A stretch of DNA of 63,735 bases, the filler included, from Licmophora abbreviata (taxonomy: Eukaryota), in the NCBI GenBank assembly GCA_900291995.1. It is 10 parts of 10 records of this genome, joined end to end, with 100 filler letters (N's around TTAATTAATTAA, not from the genome) between each part and the next. Parts side by side here need not be neighbours in the genome. Positions count along the whole stretch, not along the records: positions 22,904 to 27,604 come from OLMU01000334.1; positions 27,705 to 38,298 come from OLMU01000335.1; 8 more parts are not named here. One strand, given 5' to 3'. The translations under genes and the position numbers were made by a program. Positions 23,656 through 36,295 of the stretch are shown here, piece by piece (the first letter of the stretch is position 1; the number at the start of each line of letters is the position of its first letter). The notes beneath the pieces were generated by a model that was given only the letters and a program-made list of their open reading frames with translations, did not search any database and was not told the DNA's origin.

Positions 23656-25302
23656 ATGAAGATTGGTAGACAGAAACATCGTCTGGGAGGACTGGCGATT
23701 GTCGTTTGGTTCTTGAATGCCTTTCTCGTGGCGACAGCCTTTCGAATTCAGAATTCACCGTCGAAACAGATTCATCCGCGGCGAGGCCAGCCACTCTTTT
23801 CCGAAAGCAGCGATTCAAAATCCACCAACAATCCGTTTGGCCGCCAGAACATCAAGTACACTCCTTACGAGCTGTCCAATCGTAGCAAAGATGGCGAGAA
23901 ATCGTCTCAATCCACAAGTCTCTCCACGACGGATCCGCTTCTGCTACGACGAGACCGCGCCTTGCTTGCATTGCATTCGTCACTCGGCATGGACATGGTG
24001 GACGCCATGAATTTGTTAGAGGCATTTCCCTCGCTCTACAATGACTGTCCGAGTTTGTCGACACGACTGCTGTATTTACGAGAAGAGTTGAATTTGAGCA
24101 CAACCAAAATTAAGAGGTTGTTGTCAGTTCACCCCAGCATGATGGTGAAGGTACTACTGGATGACCCGGAAAACAATTTGCCAGGGACCGTCGAACTTTT
24201 ACAGACAGAACTCCAGCTTTCACTAGAGGAAATTGTCCAGAAGCGACTGTATGCATTGGATAGGATGGAACTGAGACCGAAACTGGCGTTGTTCCGCAGA
24301 GACCTTGAAATGAGCACTGAAGACATGACGAGAATGATTCGAAGGAGTACGGCCATCCTGGTGCAAGACTATGATGTTGTCGAAGATAACGTTGATTTTT
24401 TAATAGAAGGGCCAGTTGGACTGGGGCTGGGGAGCATCTTGCGACGGGGCGAGTCAACAGAGCGAGTAGCAACTGTTGAAAAGAAGAGAGAAATTGTACT
24501 ACAGCGAGTGAAGGAGCTAATCATCAAGTATCCGGAGGTCGGAACGGCAGACATTCGTCCAGCGGTCGAGTACCTGCAGAGCATTGGATGCGATAGCATG
24601 ATACTCGGCCGCATTGCGTATAGACGACCGCAACTGTTGCAGTATGAAGTTGTGTCACTGCGAGAGAATCTCCAATACTTCGCCGACAATCTGGGACTCC
24701 CTGTGGGAAGGAACTTTACTACTTCAGACCATGATAGCAAAAGTGTGATTGATTTGTTGGCCGTCATACCAGATGTCTTTACGCAGTCACTTCAACAGAA
24801 TTTGGAGCCAAAGTTTCGATACTTTCGTGACCAGCTCGGTTTCAGCCGAGCGGAGCTGCAGTCGGTCTTTGTCGGTCGACCTCAGATTCTCGCTCTGAGC
24901 TTGGAAAACAACATCATTCCAAAGCTTAAGTATCTGCGAATGCCAGCAAGCGAGGGGGGTGCTGGTATAACTGCCGAGGGACTTCGAAGCCTATTGGTCA
25001 ACTGCCCTCAGTCACTTCGGGAACCTCTCGACGACCGAATACAGAAGCGATGTAGCGCCGTTGTCGCTGCAGGTCGCTCGATACCCGACGGTCTACCGCC
25101 TAACTTTTTGACTGTGACGGATCGCATGTGGGAACCTTGGTGAGTTGGCATTTGTCTTACTTTATTTAAAAGAGTGAAATGGTAGTTGAACGCTTTCTTT
25201 AGCTAACTATCGCTTGCTGTTTTCAGGGTCGAAGCAGGTTTTGATGAGTCAAAGCTGGAGGAGGCGAAAGCGACCCTGAAACGAAGACGAGCGAAGAAGT
25301 AA
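23656..25302 (+). CDS. mTERF-family protein, probably plastid-targeted (intron 25140-25226)
   Basis: Repeated mTERF motifs (RPQLLQY, PDVFTQSLQQNLEPKFRYF, RPQILALSLENNIIPKLKYL). Signal peptide followed by ATAF. Confidence 0.85.
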
Positions 25303-25336
25303 AACCGCCATATTTCGCCTATCTGACTCTCGTCTG

Positions 25337-25876
25337 CTAGCCCTGATGGCGAAGACTATTGATCTTTTCTGTTGCCCTGTGGGTAGCAGTCTTGGCCCCA
25401 CGAAAGGAAGCTCGCGCAACTTGCTTGGCCCTTGTTCCAATCCTATGCTTTCGCTCAAATGATCTGATCTTCCAAAATACTGAGGATGTCGTTCGCTGCA
25501 CTTTGAACATGGCTCTCCGAACACGAAATTTGCGACGTTCCACATCTTCTACAACTGAAGGATGCCGGTGGACACAGGTCGCACTTGGAGCGCCTCCACT
25601 CGTGCTGGAGGTTCCAGTAGTAGAGCTACTACTACGACTAGGAGAATGCTTGATTTCGCCGTCCCATGCAACTGCATTGGCAGCAATAGGAGATGCGGGT
25701 ATGTGCTTCGTACTCGTGATGCTTCCACGTTGTGAATCGCGCGTGGTACCTCTCGAAATGTTAGGCGCGAGCTCGATGCAAGACTGCGACATCGCGTTCA
25801 CTTCTGTTTCGACAGATGCCCATCCACTGCCCGCAAACAGTTCGGGGTTGTAGGGTGGCGGTCGTCGGAACGACAT
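25337..25876 (-). CDS. Hypothetical protein
   Basis: ATG MSFRRPPPYNPE..., Ser/Thr-rich middle and basic helical C-terminus. Confidence 0.5.
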   Translation of the reverse strand: MSFRRPPPYNPELFAGSGWASVETEVNAMSQSCIELAPNISRGTTRDSQRGSITSTKHIPASPIAANAVAWDGEIKHSPSRSSSSTTGTSSTSGGAPSATCVHRHPSVVEDVERRKFRVRRAMFKVQRTTSSVFWKIRSFERKHRIGTRAKQVARASFRGAKTATHRATEKINSLRHQG

Positions 25877-26232
25877 GGTTGTCGTCTTCGCTCCACGATG
25901 TGCATTTTGTGAGCTTGTTGACAAAATTTCGGTCCGATCAAGTCGTGACGATCTCAAACAGACATGTGATGATGAGCCAACTAACAGTGTATCGGGCATT
26001 AGAGTCTTGGGGTGTATTCGGCCACACAGCTACACAAAGATACATTATCCATAACCCTAGCTAGGGAACTTAGATATGAAGCGCTACGATCCCCTGTGTT
26101 CTTCAATAATGAGTCGTCGTCGGGAGACACAACCTAACCTCGATCGCACTCCATAGCATCACGCGTCCCTATCGAAAACGACAGCATGATGAGCATATTA
26201 GGTAGAACAGTCGTGATCGACTTCATTGATTC

Positions 26233-27186
26233 ATGATGGAAAAGATCCGAAAGAATGATTCACTACGAGAGGCGACAGCTGGAGCCTGTGCCGGTGCACT
26301 CAGCAAGACGATTCTTGCCCCGTTGGATCGCATCAAACTCATGATACAGCTACAGGGTTCACTGACAGAGCACCAGAAAAATGACATGGTTTCCTCTAGG
26401 AGGCTTGACAGTATCGGTACGGTGGCGAGGAACATTTACAAGAAGGAAGGAATCTTGGCGTTATGGCGCGGAAACGTACCTACAATTGTCGCCCAGGCTG
26501 GAACATCGGCGTTCAACTTTATGTTTATGGACTTATACAAGAAACTGGCGAGGCGTATTGTGACTGATATGTATGGTAGCTCAGTGATCGAAGAGCGAAG
26601 CACGAAAATGGCTCTTTCGTTTCTATCAGGTGGACTAGCGGGGTGGACATGTATGACTCTGTTGTACCCCGTTGGAATAATGCGAACACAGCTGGCATTG
26701 GACGTCGGTGCTACGGATCGAAAGTATCCAAACGGAATGCGAGATGTTGTTCGACAGACATGGGTTACCAACGGATTTCGCGGTCTTTTTCAGGGTTATG
26801 GCGTGGCGATGCTGAGCGTGACACTGTACAGAACCGTCTACCTTGGAGGCTACGATGCCATGAAGGCCGAAATTGCTCGAACCCATGACTCCGCCCCGAA
26901 CTCTGACAACGAGTCAACCACTATGATCGAAAAATTCTTTGCGGCACAGTCAGTCAGCATGCTGGCATCCTTTTCGCACTACCCACTAGACTCTGTGCGC
27001 CGGCGTCTCATGATGCAATCAAACTTGAAGGAACCACGGTATCGCAGCGCGCTCCATTGTTTTCAACAAATCTTTGTAAAAGAAGGTGTTCGAGGATACT
27101 ATCTTGGAATCGGAACGAACATGGTCCGGAGCGTCGGGGCAGCGCTCCTGTTGGTCTCGTATGATGTCATCAAGAACTTTCTGTGA
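26233..27186 (+). CDS. Mitochondrial carrier, ADP/ATP translocase-like
   Basis: Carrier motifs APLDRIK, YPVGIMR and YPLDSVRRRLMMQS (variant of the AAC RRRMMM signature); LWRGN. Confidence 0.85.
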   Translation: MMEKIRKNDSLREATAGACAGALSKTILAPLDRIKLMIQLQGSLTEHQKNDMVSSRRLDSIGTVARNIYKKEGILALWRGNVPTIVAQAGTSAFNFMFMDLYKKLARRIVTDMYGSSVIEERSTKMALSFLSGGLAGWTCMTLLYPVGIMRTQLALDVGATDRKYPNGMRDVVRQTWVTNGFRGLFQGYGVAMLSVTLYRTVYLGGYDAMKAEIARTHDSAPNSDNESTTMIEKFFAAQSVSMLASFSHYPLDSVRRRLMMQSNLKEPRYRSALHCFQQIFVKEGVRGYYLGIGTNMVRSVGAALLLVSYDVIKNFL

Positions 27187-27704
27187 ATGACTTCTTGTTA
27201 CTATGGTGGCTGCAATTCTACTTTTAGTAACATGCATGCGACGATAGACGACATCAGTTTCTATAGGTAGTTTGTCCTTATCATTAACGGTGGGGAGCCC
27301 TTACTCCAACCTACCATTACAGCATCGATCGAGTTCCTGGCTCTGCTGCATGAGTCAGTCAAAAGTCATTCACTACACCAGGACGTGTGTAAACGCGCCT
27401 CACGGGCTCGCACCTCTCGTGGAGCGCGCATACTAGCGTCGCGCCGTCGTCAGGATCATCAAGTTTCGGACGTCTGATGTGAGAATGATGACGTTTGACG
27501 CGTCTCGCGTCTCCTATCGGCACCGCAACCATCCATCAGATTGTGAGCGCTTGGTGAAAAGGCAAGCGACCTCTGCGTGTCGGCTTTACAGCAGGTGTGA
27601 CGCTNNNNNNNNNNNNNNNNNNNNNNNNNNNNNNNNNNNNNNNNNNNNTTAATTAATTAANNNNNNNNNNNNNNNNNNNNNNNNNNNNNNNNNNNNNNNN
27701 NNNN

Positions 27705-28262
27705 CGGCAAAAGCAGGCCCTCCCCTTACTGGCTCTGACGCTTGCGTTGACAAAGTCCAGCGCCTTCGTATTCAACACGTTCGGTGTCATGAAAGCTGTC
27801 TCTTATCGCACGTCGAAGGTTGCAATGTCGAGCCCTCAGGCGGATGTAGTCGATATCGCTACATTCCGTGCTTCCATCGAGACGTTGGAGAACGACGCCG
27901 GCGCCAGCTCTGGCATCACCGGGGGAGAGAACCCAGCGTACGCCATTGGAAAGACCGTGGTGAACCTCCCCGTCGTTCCTATGCCTGGATTGGATTTAAC
28001 CGAATCTGCTGGCTTGGTTCTAGTCAGTGGAGTGTTCGGAGAGACCGCCGAAACGGGACTTCAGCTGTACGATACTATCGTTCGGGTCTCGACTGCTGAT
28101 GGTGCATTTCAGGCAAGTACCAAGGCCGTGAGTTTGGAAGAGACCGCTGGTGCTCTGCAGGCCGCTACTTCCCATGCTATTGATGCCATGGACGAGGGTG
28201 GTCGGGTCGAAATCGACATCGAAGTGAATCGTCTAATCAGGCTCCAAGAAGCTACTGACTAA
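27705..28262 (+). CDS. Hypothetical protein, probably plastid-targeted (5' end in gap), possibly with a degenerate PDZ-like domain
   Basis: ...LLLALTLALTKSSAF leader; GLDLTE...VLVSGV...AETGLQLYDTIVRV. Confidence 0.55.
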   Translation, partial: RQKQALPLLALTLALTKSSAFVFNTFGVMKAVSYRTSKVAMSSPQADVVDIATFRASIETLENDAGASSGITGGENPAYAIGKTVVNLPVVPMPGLDLTESAGLVLVSGVFGETAETGLQLYDTIVRVSTADGAFQASTKAVSLEETAGALQAATSHAIDAMDEGGRVEIDIEVNRLIRLQEATD

Positions 28263-28450
28263 AGCAAGGAATAGTAAGATTAGTATAGTACCGGGAGAAA
28301 GTGGTCCTACAGTCTCGCGCCCCTTTTTGCGACACTTGTATGTAGTAGTAACAAGCCTGCTAGGATGTAACGGGTTGCAGTAGATCGTGTAGCCCAAACA
28401 CGAACTGAAGAGGGTCCGTCATACACGGAATCTGTCGTCGCTTCTCTCCT

Positions 28451-29215
28451 CTACAAGAAATCACTATACATGGTCCTCTGAAAGTCGTTGACAAGCGATC
28501 GAATCTCTCGCTCAAACCTATCATCTGGGGACTCTCGTAATAGGTAGGAGGATGAAGACGAGTCCGGCGACGATAACCTTTGTTGTTGTTGTAACTGCTT
28601 CCCTTCTAGCAAACTCGGCACGTTCGATCGGACTGTCGCTTTCCTGGAGACATCGACCCGTCCATCTCCCCTGTAGACACGACTTTCAAAGGTACTCCTC
28701 TCATAGTATACAAAAGACGGATTGTTTTCACCACTACCAAACAGAGTCTTGACGAAGAGCAGGACTACGAGTATCGGCACGGCGGCCCATGACCAGCGAG
28801 GGAACACAAACATGTCTTCTTTTCTATCTGAGCTGACACGACGGCGTCGTCGAGACCTTCCACCAAAGTGACCCATTGCTCGTTTCTTTTCAGGTTCCGT
28901 TTGTCGACTTTCGCCAGTGCCATCATCGTCGGTGGCGCACAGCGCTATGTGCGGTCCGGAAGTGCGACGATGAAGCTGGTGATGCCTAGCTCTTTCAGAA
29001 GAATCTTGCAGGTGTCGTATAGAGCGAGCAGGATAATACATGGTAGCTCGTTCCGTTCCCAGCATGGGAGAGAAACCTCGAGTACTTGTCAGTAGAAGCA
29101 CGGCAATACTCATCGAAATTTGGATTGCCCTAGATCCCATCGCCTTGCACTGATCCGCAGTAGAACTTCTCAAACCACCGGCGACAGAGTCGCTGGCGAA
29201 CGTCAGAATTCCCAT
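28451..29215 (-). CDS. Hypothetical single-TM protein (start may be ATG 29140)
   Basis: Signal-like SIAVLLLTSTRGF; TM WAAVPILVVLLFV. Confidence 0.55.
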   Translation of the reverse strand: MGILTFASDSVAGGLRSSTADQCKAMGSRAIQISMSIAVLLLTSTRGFSPMLGTERATMYYPARSIRHLQDSSERARHHQLHRRTSGPHIALCATDDDGTGESRQTEPEKKRAMGHFGGRSRRRRRVSSDRKEDMFVFPRWSWAAVPILVVLLFVKTLFGSGENNPSFVYYERSTFESRVYRGDGRVDVSRKATVRSNVPSLLEGKQLQQQQRLSSPDSSSSSYLLRESPDDRFEREIRSLVNDFQRTMYSDFL

Positions 29216-29696
29216 GGCACCCGTCTAGAGTCGTACGAGCGACTCGGGGAGGCTCTATGTCCCGACGTCAATTGCGATAGGTTCAACGTGTCAGCCGGTG
29301 ATGAAGGTGCTGCTGTGCGCTGTGTAGAGAGGGCAGCCACAAGAAGAGTTCGAAACCGCGTCGCGATGATAAAGACACACGAAACAGCGCGCGCCGTTTT
29401 GAGACGCGTACGTCTGTCTGTCGCATCGCCGATGTCTTTTGGTTTCGGATGAGTCGAGTGAGTCATCAGTCATCACGGTCATGAGTGAATGTCAAAATTT
29501 AATATTTGTATACCGATACGTAGCTAGAGCATGACACTTTGTGTAGAAGTCTTACGGAGCCCACCGTATGACAATAAATCCGTTCGTCGCGCCGGTCATC
29601 GAGATGCCTGCTGTGGCATTCTGCAGGGTTGATGCCCTCAATCCCACAATCCAAGCCGCGATCGATCTAGTCTAGAAGTTGCTTTCCTTGCTTACC

Positions 29697-31390
29697 ATGA
29701 CGGAACATACATCCTTTACGCTCCCTGCCGGAAACGGTCAGAAGGTAAGCCTTCGTTAGAGATATTGTCAAGATTAATTGAATGAAAAAGTAGTGGTTGT
29801 TTGAGGCACGTCACAAGAATCTTGGGGTCATCGCCAGCGATCAGCCGTCGCCGCCTTCATGGGCTTTTCGCTCCGATGGTTCTCTACGTGTCTTGGACCA
29901 TGTTTGGGAAAGTCGAAGACTCAATTTAATAGTGAACTAGACAGAGACTCGTACGTTTGATGCACGAAATGATCAATGGCCGTCTGCAGCTCCGTCTTGG
30001 TGGCCTTCTCTGGTCCGCGTTCGCTTTGTGTAATGACTATGTCTGAATTATGTGATGGTCACGAAGACCGCCTTCGCCGCCAATGGACCTCTGCTTCTTC
30101 CTTCGTCGCTGGCCTTGAGTCGCGTCGATTGTTGATTTCTGTACATGCTTGTCTTTCATGATTCTCCAAGTCTCACCCATTGTGAACTCTTTTCCCTCCT
30201 TCACTTCCGATTATTATAGGTCTGCATCGGCGGAGGTGCCGGTTTTATCGGTAGCCACATTGCTAAGCGTCTCAAAGCTGCCGGATACGTAAGTGAATCT
30301 GCCTATTGTCGCTCTTAGCCTTGCCGAACTCCTGCGTGCTTATCGAAACTGACATCTTGCTGCGCCTCCCCCGCCTTCTCTATTATTATTTCTATATCAG
30401 CACGTCACGGTCGTCGACTGGAAGAAGAACGAGTTCATGAAGGACGATGAGTTCTGTGATGTCTTCATCCACGGTGATCTCCGAAAGCTCGAGGTCGCCT
30501 GCAAGGCGTGCGAGGGGTGCGTCCAAGTCTACAACTTGGCTGCTGACATGGGAGGCATGGGATTCATTGTCTCCAACGAGTCCGTCCTGGCCTTCAACAA
30601 CACGGCAATCTCCATGAACATGCTCGAAGCTGCTCGTCGTAGCAACGTCAAGGACTTCTTCTACGCCTCCTCTGCATGTGTCTACAACGAGGCCAAGCAG
30701 GAAGATCCCAACAACCCAGGACTTATCGAGTCCGACGCCTGGCCGGCCCGCCCCCAGGACATGTACGGACTTGAGAAGCTCTACGCCGAAGAGATGGCCC
30801 TCGCCTATGGACGTGACTTCCCCATGAACATCCGTATCGCACGCTTCCACAACATCTACGGACCCCGTGGTACGTGGAAGGGAGGTCGCGAAAAGGCTCC
30901 CGCCGCCTTCTGTCGTAAGGCCATCACCTCCACCGAGCACTTTGAGATGTGGGGTGACGGTAAGCAGACGCGCTCCTTCACCTTCATTGACGACTGCGTT
31001 GAGGGAGTTCTTCGCCTGACCTTCTCCGACTGTGATGTCCCCATCAACCTCGGAACCACCGAGATGGTTGACATGATCGAGTTTGCCAATATTGCTCTCT
31101 CCTTCGAGGACAAGAAGCTCCCCATCAAGCACATCGACGGACCCATGGGTGTGCGTGGACGTAACTCCAACAGCAAGCTTATTCTTGAGAAGCTTGGTTG
31201 GGAGCCGACCATCACGATTCGGGATGGGCTTCGCAAAACCTACTTCTGGATTAATGAGCAGATCGAGGAGGACATTAAGAAGGGCAAAAACGCGACCGAC
31301 TACAGCCATTCCGAGATTGTCCAGCAGGTTGACGACAGTCTCATGCAGCTCGGAAAGGACGAATCTACTGCCATTGATGGTTCCTCTTAG
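29697..31390 (+). CDS. GME: GDP-mannose 3,5-epimerase (exons 29697-29744, 30220-30288, 30401-31390)
   Basis: GGAGFIGSH, NLAADMGGMGFI, YASSACVY, YGLEK, WKGGREKAPAAFCRK and GVRGRNS. Introns join in frame; strong C-ending codon bias. Confidence 0.93.
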
Positions 31391-31518
31391 GAGTTTTTGT
31401 GCCCGTCTTCGGATGCCTCGCAATACATGGAAAATGAAAGTAGGGGTTAGATTACACTGAGTAATGCATTGCACCTTATTCATTGTTTCTAGCTTTAGGA
31501 TCGTAGAAGGGAGCACGA

Positions 31519-33309
31519 TTACACAGTGACCGCCACGGCATTCCGTTCGTATCTCAGTTGATTTGTCACTATGGCAAGAACAACATGCAAGCAAAGGTCT
31601 GACCGTTTCGCGACGTGCATCTTCATCTTGTGAACTCGATACGTATTTTCCCATGACCAGTACCCCACCAATGGCTGCTCTGACGGAAATTGATCCTCTG
31701 CTGCTCTACCAAAATCTTCGGTGCTATCACTCCCATACGAGCCTTCAGAGGCGTCTTCATTGCAGGCTATTCTAATTTTCTCCACATTCTGATACTCCGA
31801 ACCAGATTCGTCGGCGAGATCATGGTTGGCAGTTCCGTTCAGATCGCTCTCTATACGCGCCACCGAGTCGGTAACGTCTATGGCCTCCTTCGAAGCGGCG
31901 CTGATGTCTTTGCTCTCGAGTCCTACTCTAGGTGTAGATGTCGCGTCAGCGCATGGCGGCGCTTCAACACTGTGGCGTTCGTCGCTCGACATCGAGAAGC
32001 TGTCCGATTGTATACTGACAGCACGGCTCTCGGAGCTGGATCGCTCAATATGCTGGTCCATCCTTGCAACAGATCTCACAGAAAACAACTTCTTCCAAGG
32101 TGATATTCGAGACACAGGAGCCGACTCGTGAACAACGTCGCTTTCACACTGTGATTGACTGGCGTTCAAAGTCGGAACACCCTGCTGATGCTCCTCGACG
32201 TTCGCTCTGATCTCATCTTCTCTTAGCTCTTGTACCTCATCGTCCTTGATTCGCATCGTTTGGTGCTGTCCGGTGAAGCTATTGATTTCTTGGCATTTCA
32301 ACGTTGGACGGTCGAGAAGAATGACACCTTCGGCAGTGTCATTCGGCGTGTACGGATTGGAGTTGACATACTCGACAGTTGCCACAGCTTTTGTCGATAC
32401 CCATTGTTTCCACTTGTGAGATCGACTCAAAGATCTTCTCAGATCCCAGTCGCTCTTGAATTCCATTGTCGGAGTTGGTGTAGTCGCGTGATCGTCGTGG
32501 GAGCTGGTCGACGGGGGACCACCGTCCAACTCCTCGCCAAACTCATCCGCATCTGCCGATGAAGTCCTCTGAGGCGCAACTGTATCGTTTGGCTTCTTGG
32601 CCTCTGTAGATCCCTTTGCTCTCGAAGCATGCACTTCGGAATGGGTCGCTTGCTCTTTCCCGCCTGGACGCGGGACGGAGGCGGCTGGCTCGGCGCTCTT
32701 CACCGCCTCGCCATTGTCTTGCTGATACGCTTCCTCGTCATCGCATCCCGTATGCAATTCTGCGTCTGGTGACCCCTCGAATAATCCAGGATCGACCTTG
32801 TCCTCCTCCGCATCACTGTTGATACAGGTTTCCAATGATGGTGTTGCCGTCGGAGCACGATAGAGATTGACAACGGCATGAAATCGAGACCAGGTCACAG
32901 TGACGCAAGCCTTTCGATAAAGAAAATCGGCATGTCCTAACTTACGTCCTAGCCTCTTCGTGGCATCCATATCTGCAATCTGCCCAGCAAATGTTGGGAG
33001 CCCATACCGATAGACGACCCAGTATCGTCGGGAAAGGTCGACCTGCACTCGCAAAAGGTATTCATTGATTCCTTTCCCGAGGACATCAAACCAAGCCAAG
33101 GTCCCCTCAACTGCCCGGGTGGAATACAGAAGATTCGCTTCTTCGTCCACCACATCGTAGGCTCTCTGATTCACCCCTCGCTTGTTGAGATGGTACACCA
33201 TATATTCGGCGGTCGGCGGAGCACCGTCTATGGTTTCGTCGACATTGCTTAGTTTTCCATCCGCCAAACTCCAGTTGTTGTCCTCGAATTTCGAAAGTCC
33301 GCCACCCAT
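31519..33309 (-). CDS. Hypothetical protein; possible N-myristoylated Tubby-C/LURP-one-like domain split by disordered inserts
   Basis: 596-aa ORF starting MGGGLS; YDVVDEEANLLY near the N-terminus and MHVAKRSDLCLHVVLAIV at the C-terminus. Confidence 0.6.
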   Translation of the reverse strand: MGGGLSKFEDNNWSLADGKLSNVDETIDGAPPTAEYMVYHLNKRGVNQRAYDVVDEEANLLYSTRAVEGTLAWFDVLGKGINEYLLRVQVDLSRRYWVVYRYGLPTFAGQIADMDATKRLGRKLGHADFLYRKACVTVTWSRFHAVVNLYRAPTATPSLETCINSDAEEDKVDPGLFEGSPDAELHTGCDDEEAYQQDNGEAVKSAEPAASVPRPGGKEQATHSEVHASRAKGSTEAKKPNDTVAPQRTSSADADEFGEELDGGPPSTSSHDDHATTPTPTMEFKSDWDLRRSLSRSHKWKQWVSTKAVATVEYVNSNPYTPNDTAEGVILLDRPTLKCQEINSFTGQHQTMRIKDDEVQELREDEIRANVEEHQQGVPTLNASQSQCESDVVHESAPVSRISPWKKLFSVRSVARMDQHIERSSSESRAVSIQSDSFSMSSDERHSVEAPPCADATSTPRVGLESKDISAASKEAIDVTDSVARIESDLNGTANHDLADESGSEYQNVEKIRIACNEDASEGSYGSDSTEDFGRAAEDQFPSEQPLVGYWSWENTYRVHKMKMHVAKRSDLCLHVVLAIVTNQLRYERNAVAVTV

Positions 33310-33800
33310 TATTCATTTGGACGAGGCTTACTCAGCAATCAATCTCCTTCGTGGGCTCCAGAGGCATTGAGTGATGATGATACATGAAACACATCGACGT
33401 CGTGATGTCTTTGTCGCAACTTTCGTCTTTCGTGCCATCGAGCTATTTCTTTCGGACAGAAATGACCTCGCGACGACACACATGTTGTGTCTCTCTGCCT
33501 ACGATGCGACACACCAAATTTGTCTGAGTATCAATTTTGTATGGACCGTCAAGGCCGGTCGGCGTGTTGTTTTTTACTGTTCACACATATTTGGATCGCT
33601 GAATGGGTATTTTAGACTACAAACATGAAGCCTGTATTGATCGCACATCGATGCGATGACACTTTTTCACTTCACTTTTGTTCTCAAAGAGAGTGGATGC
33701 TGCCAAGAAAGGGGGGAGATCTTGTCTGCCTGCTGAGAACTGTCTATCATCACTCGTCTTCGCCACAAACACAACAGCTCTTCATGGACACTGCCACAGA

Positions 33801-35842
33801 ATGATGTCAATTGCAATCCTGTCTACTTCCTCGGCGGAAGGAGAACTCTCGTCAGGTACCGGTACAAGGAAATGCGAACTGCCGCCTCGCCCACAGAGCA
33901 TCTCGGATCGTCGAAGGATCTCATCCACGGCTACAAGTTTGCTAGATGACGAAGAGGAAGAACGTCTTGACCCGGGTCTCATGTACGAGTCTGATGATAA
34001 TAGTCTTGTGTCCAGAAGTTCTCCTTTTGTCAGAGTACCGTCTCCTGCGGGAGAACTCTCGATTCAGACGAAAGATACTTCTTCTATTTCGATTCATGGA
34101 ATTGCGGAGGGCATGTCGAATCTTCTCTGTCCAGCAAGTCTCGACGATTCCAGTCCAACAGATTCTCCCGATACCACACGTCATGATTCAGAGACCGATC
34201 TTGTTCAAGATCGCTTGTCCTCTGGTGCCTGTGGGGCGTGCACACTTCCAAATACCCATGAACAGCTCAATAGTTCTCAAGCATCTCTCAATGTGTTGGA
34301 AGATACCAATCGCATGCTTATCGATTGCACAGATATGAACCTTGACGCTCTTCGCCAGCTTGTGGAGAGGGATGTTAACGCCCTCTTGGGAACTACCGGA
34401 GCTGCGACTCAGTGGGTATTGGATCTCAACTCTTGGTTGGTGGATGGCATGAACAGCCAATCCCGGAAAATGAGAGGCTCTTCTCGTAACGCATTTCGCA
34501 ATCGATGTGGTGTTCGGAACGCCCAGGCACAACGTCTACAGCGGCTGTGGCACAACTGGCACTCCAACACAGGCGAAGCCATGACAGAACCGTCGTCTGT
34601 CTCTCTGGATCCTTTCAGATGCTCCGAAGATCCCAATAGGCCTCCGTTGCCGATATGGAGTATAGCCGTCACTCGATCACTAGACGATGCCGAATGTGCG
34701 AATGCTGCTCGCGCGACTGTTGTCAAGAGCACATCAGTTAGCAAAAAGCAGGTGGCGACAATAGACTGTGCTTCAACACCGCCAACGGTTCCTCCGCGTA
34801 AGGAGGAAAGTGTACCGACCGAGTTGTACTACGACAGTGATCCAGAGGTATTTCGACATGCCAGTAGGAAATCGTACAGAAGAGCGAGTGCTTCGTCATT
34901 GTCCCCCAAAAACAAGCCAATCCGTCAGAGGCGACAGATTTCAATTCCGCATGGGATCGACACGGTTGCATCAGTGGGCAGCAGGGACTATGGATCACCT
35001 CCGACGCCTAGGAATCATCTTGGAAAGGGATTTCCATCGTTCGACATGCCACCGTCGTTTGATCACTATGCTGAAATGTCTGATGAAGACGCGGTTCATG
35101 AATTTCTCAAAGTAAGTTGCGTAGGAGAGGTGTGTCCCATACGTCTAACTTGCCGCTTCTAACATGGCGACGATGCCTTTCGCCTCTCCTATTAATTCAG
35201 GATTTGACGCTACAAAAGACGAAATTAGTCTGGCATCCATCACCGGACGCAAACGGCACTACCAAGGAGAACTGCTCGACGCCCTCGCTGAGGTCACCAG
35301 TCTCCGTGCAGGCTTGGTTCGAACTCGGATCCAGACTTCCCGGTGCCTTGGTTCAGCCTAAGTTTATGTGGCGAGAGACCTATCAACCGGATCTAGTCAA
35401 CCACAAGAGGCTTGGTTGCACGTATCGCAAACCCGACTCGCTCGAGCTGCTCAGCATGATCCGCATTAAGAAGCCGGTCGCGCTGGATCGGTCCATCTAC
35501 CCATTCGCAAAGCTCGACCAGACGTTTACTATCCTGACGCACACGAACCAGTTCCTTGTTTTTGAGGCGTCTAGCTCTCATGAGCGCGACTGGTTGGTGC
35601 ATGGTCTCAAGTTAGCCGTTGCGCGACTGGCATCCATGATTATCGTGGGAGACGACCAGATGTTTGTCGAGTTCTTCTCTCCGTGGGTCTATGCACCTTC
35701 GCTGGAGGATTCTGTAGATACGGCTGAAATGGAGGAACGAGAAGTTCACGCTACCTACGACGAGGGGGAGCAAGTCACAAGAGGGCCCTTCATTTCGACC
35801 ACAGATCGTGAAAGAGAAGACCTATGGGGATTCCCACGCTAA
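33801..35842 (+). CDS. Low-complexity protein with C-terminal PH-like domain (intron 35112-35200)
   Basis: GTAAGT...TTCAG intron joins the two ORFs in frame; FTI...LVFEASSSHERDWLVHGLK resembles a PH C-terminal helix. Confidence 0.65.
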
Positions 35843-36295
35843 AGGTCAATTGTCTGAAGGAGGAGCGATTGTAAAGAAGGGCGAAGACGATAGGGTGACA
35901 GTAGCTAGTAGGTTCACTTTGACTGAATCGAAAGAGGTTCATAAGTATAGGACGACCCACACAGTTGACTTATCATTCATATCTTCGGGACATGCGTGGC
36001 TGGGCTATGAATGAAGGGACAGGTTGACAATCCGTTGTTCAAGAAAATACGAAATCCTCGCCCTCCGCCGCTTTTTGTACCTACCGGTACCGATCGGATG
36101 TGCGGCGGCCTGAGATGATGATGGTCTACCCGTCATCCGCGGCAAAGCTCGAGTCAAAGTTCGAAAGTTCGAGAGTTCGCGAGCGACGACCACATGCAAT
36201 GGCATTGCCGCCGGCATTGCATGCGGGTGCGGTGTTGCTCACTCTCTTGGTGCTCAGAGATTCTTTGTCTCCTCCCCTTTGTATGCAGTCTAATA

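Noticed and set aside
30392..31654. 420-aa antisense ORF over GME
   Set aside because: Shadow ORF expected from the strong codon bias of the sense gene; no recognisable motifs.
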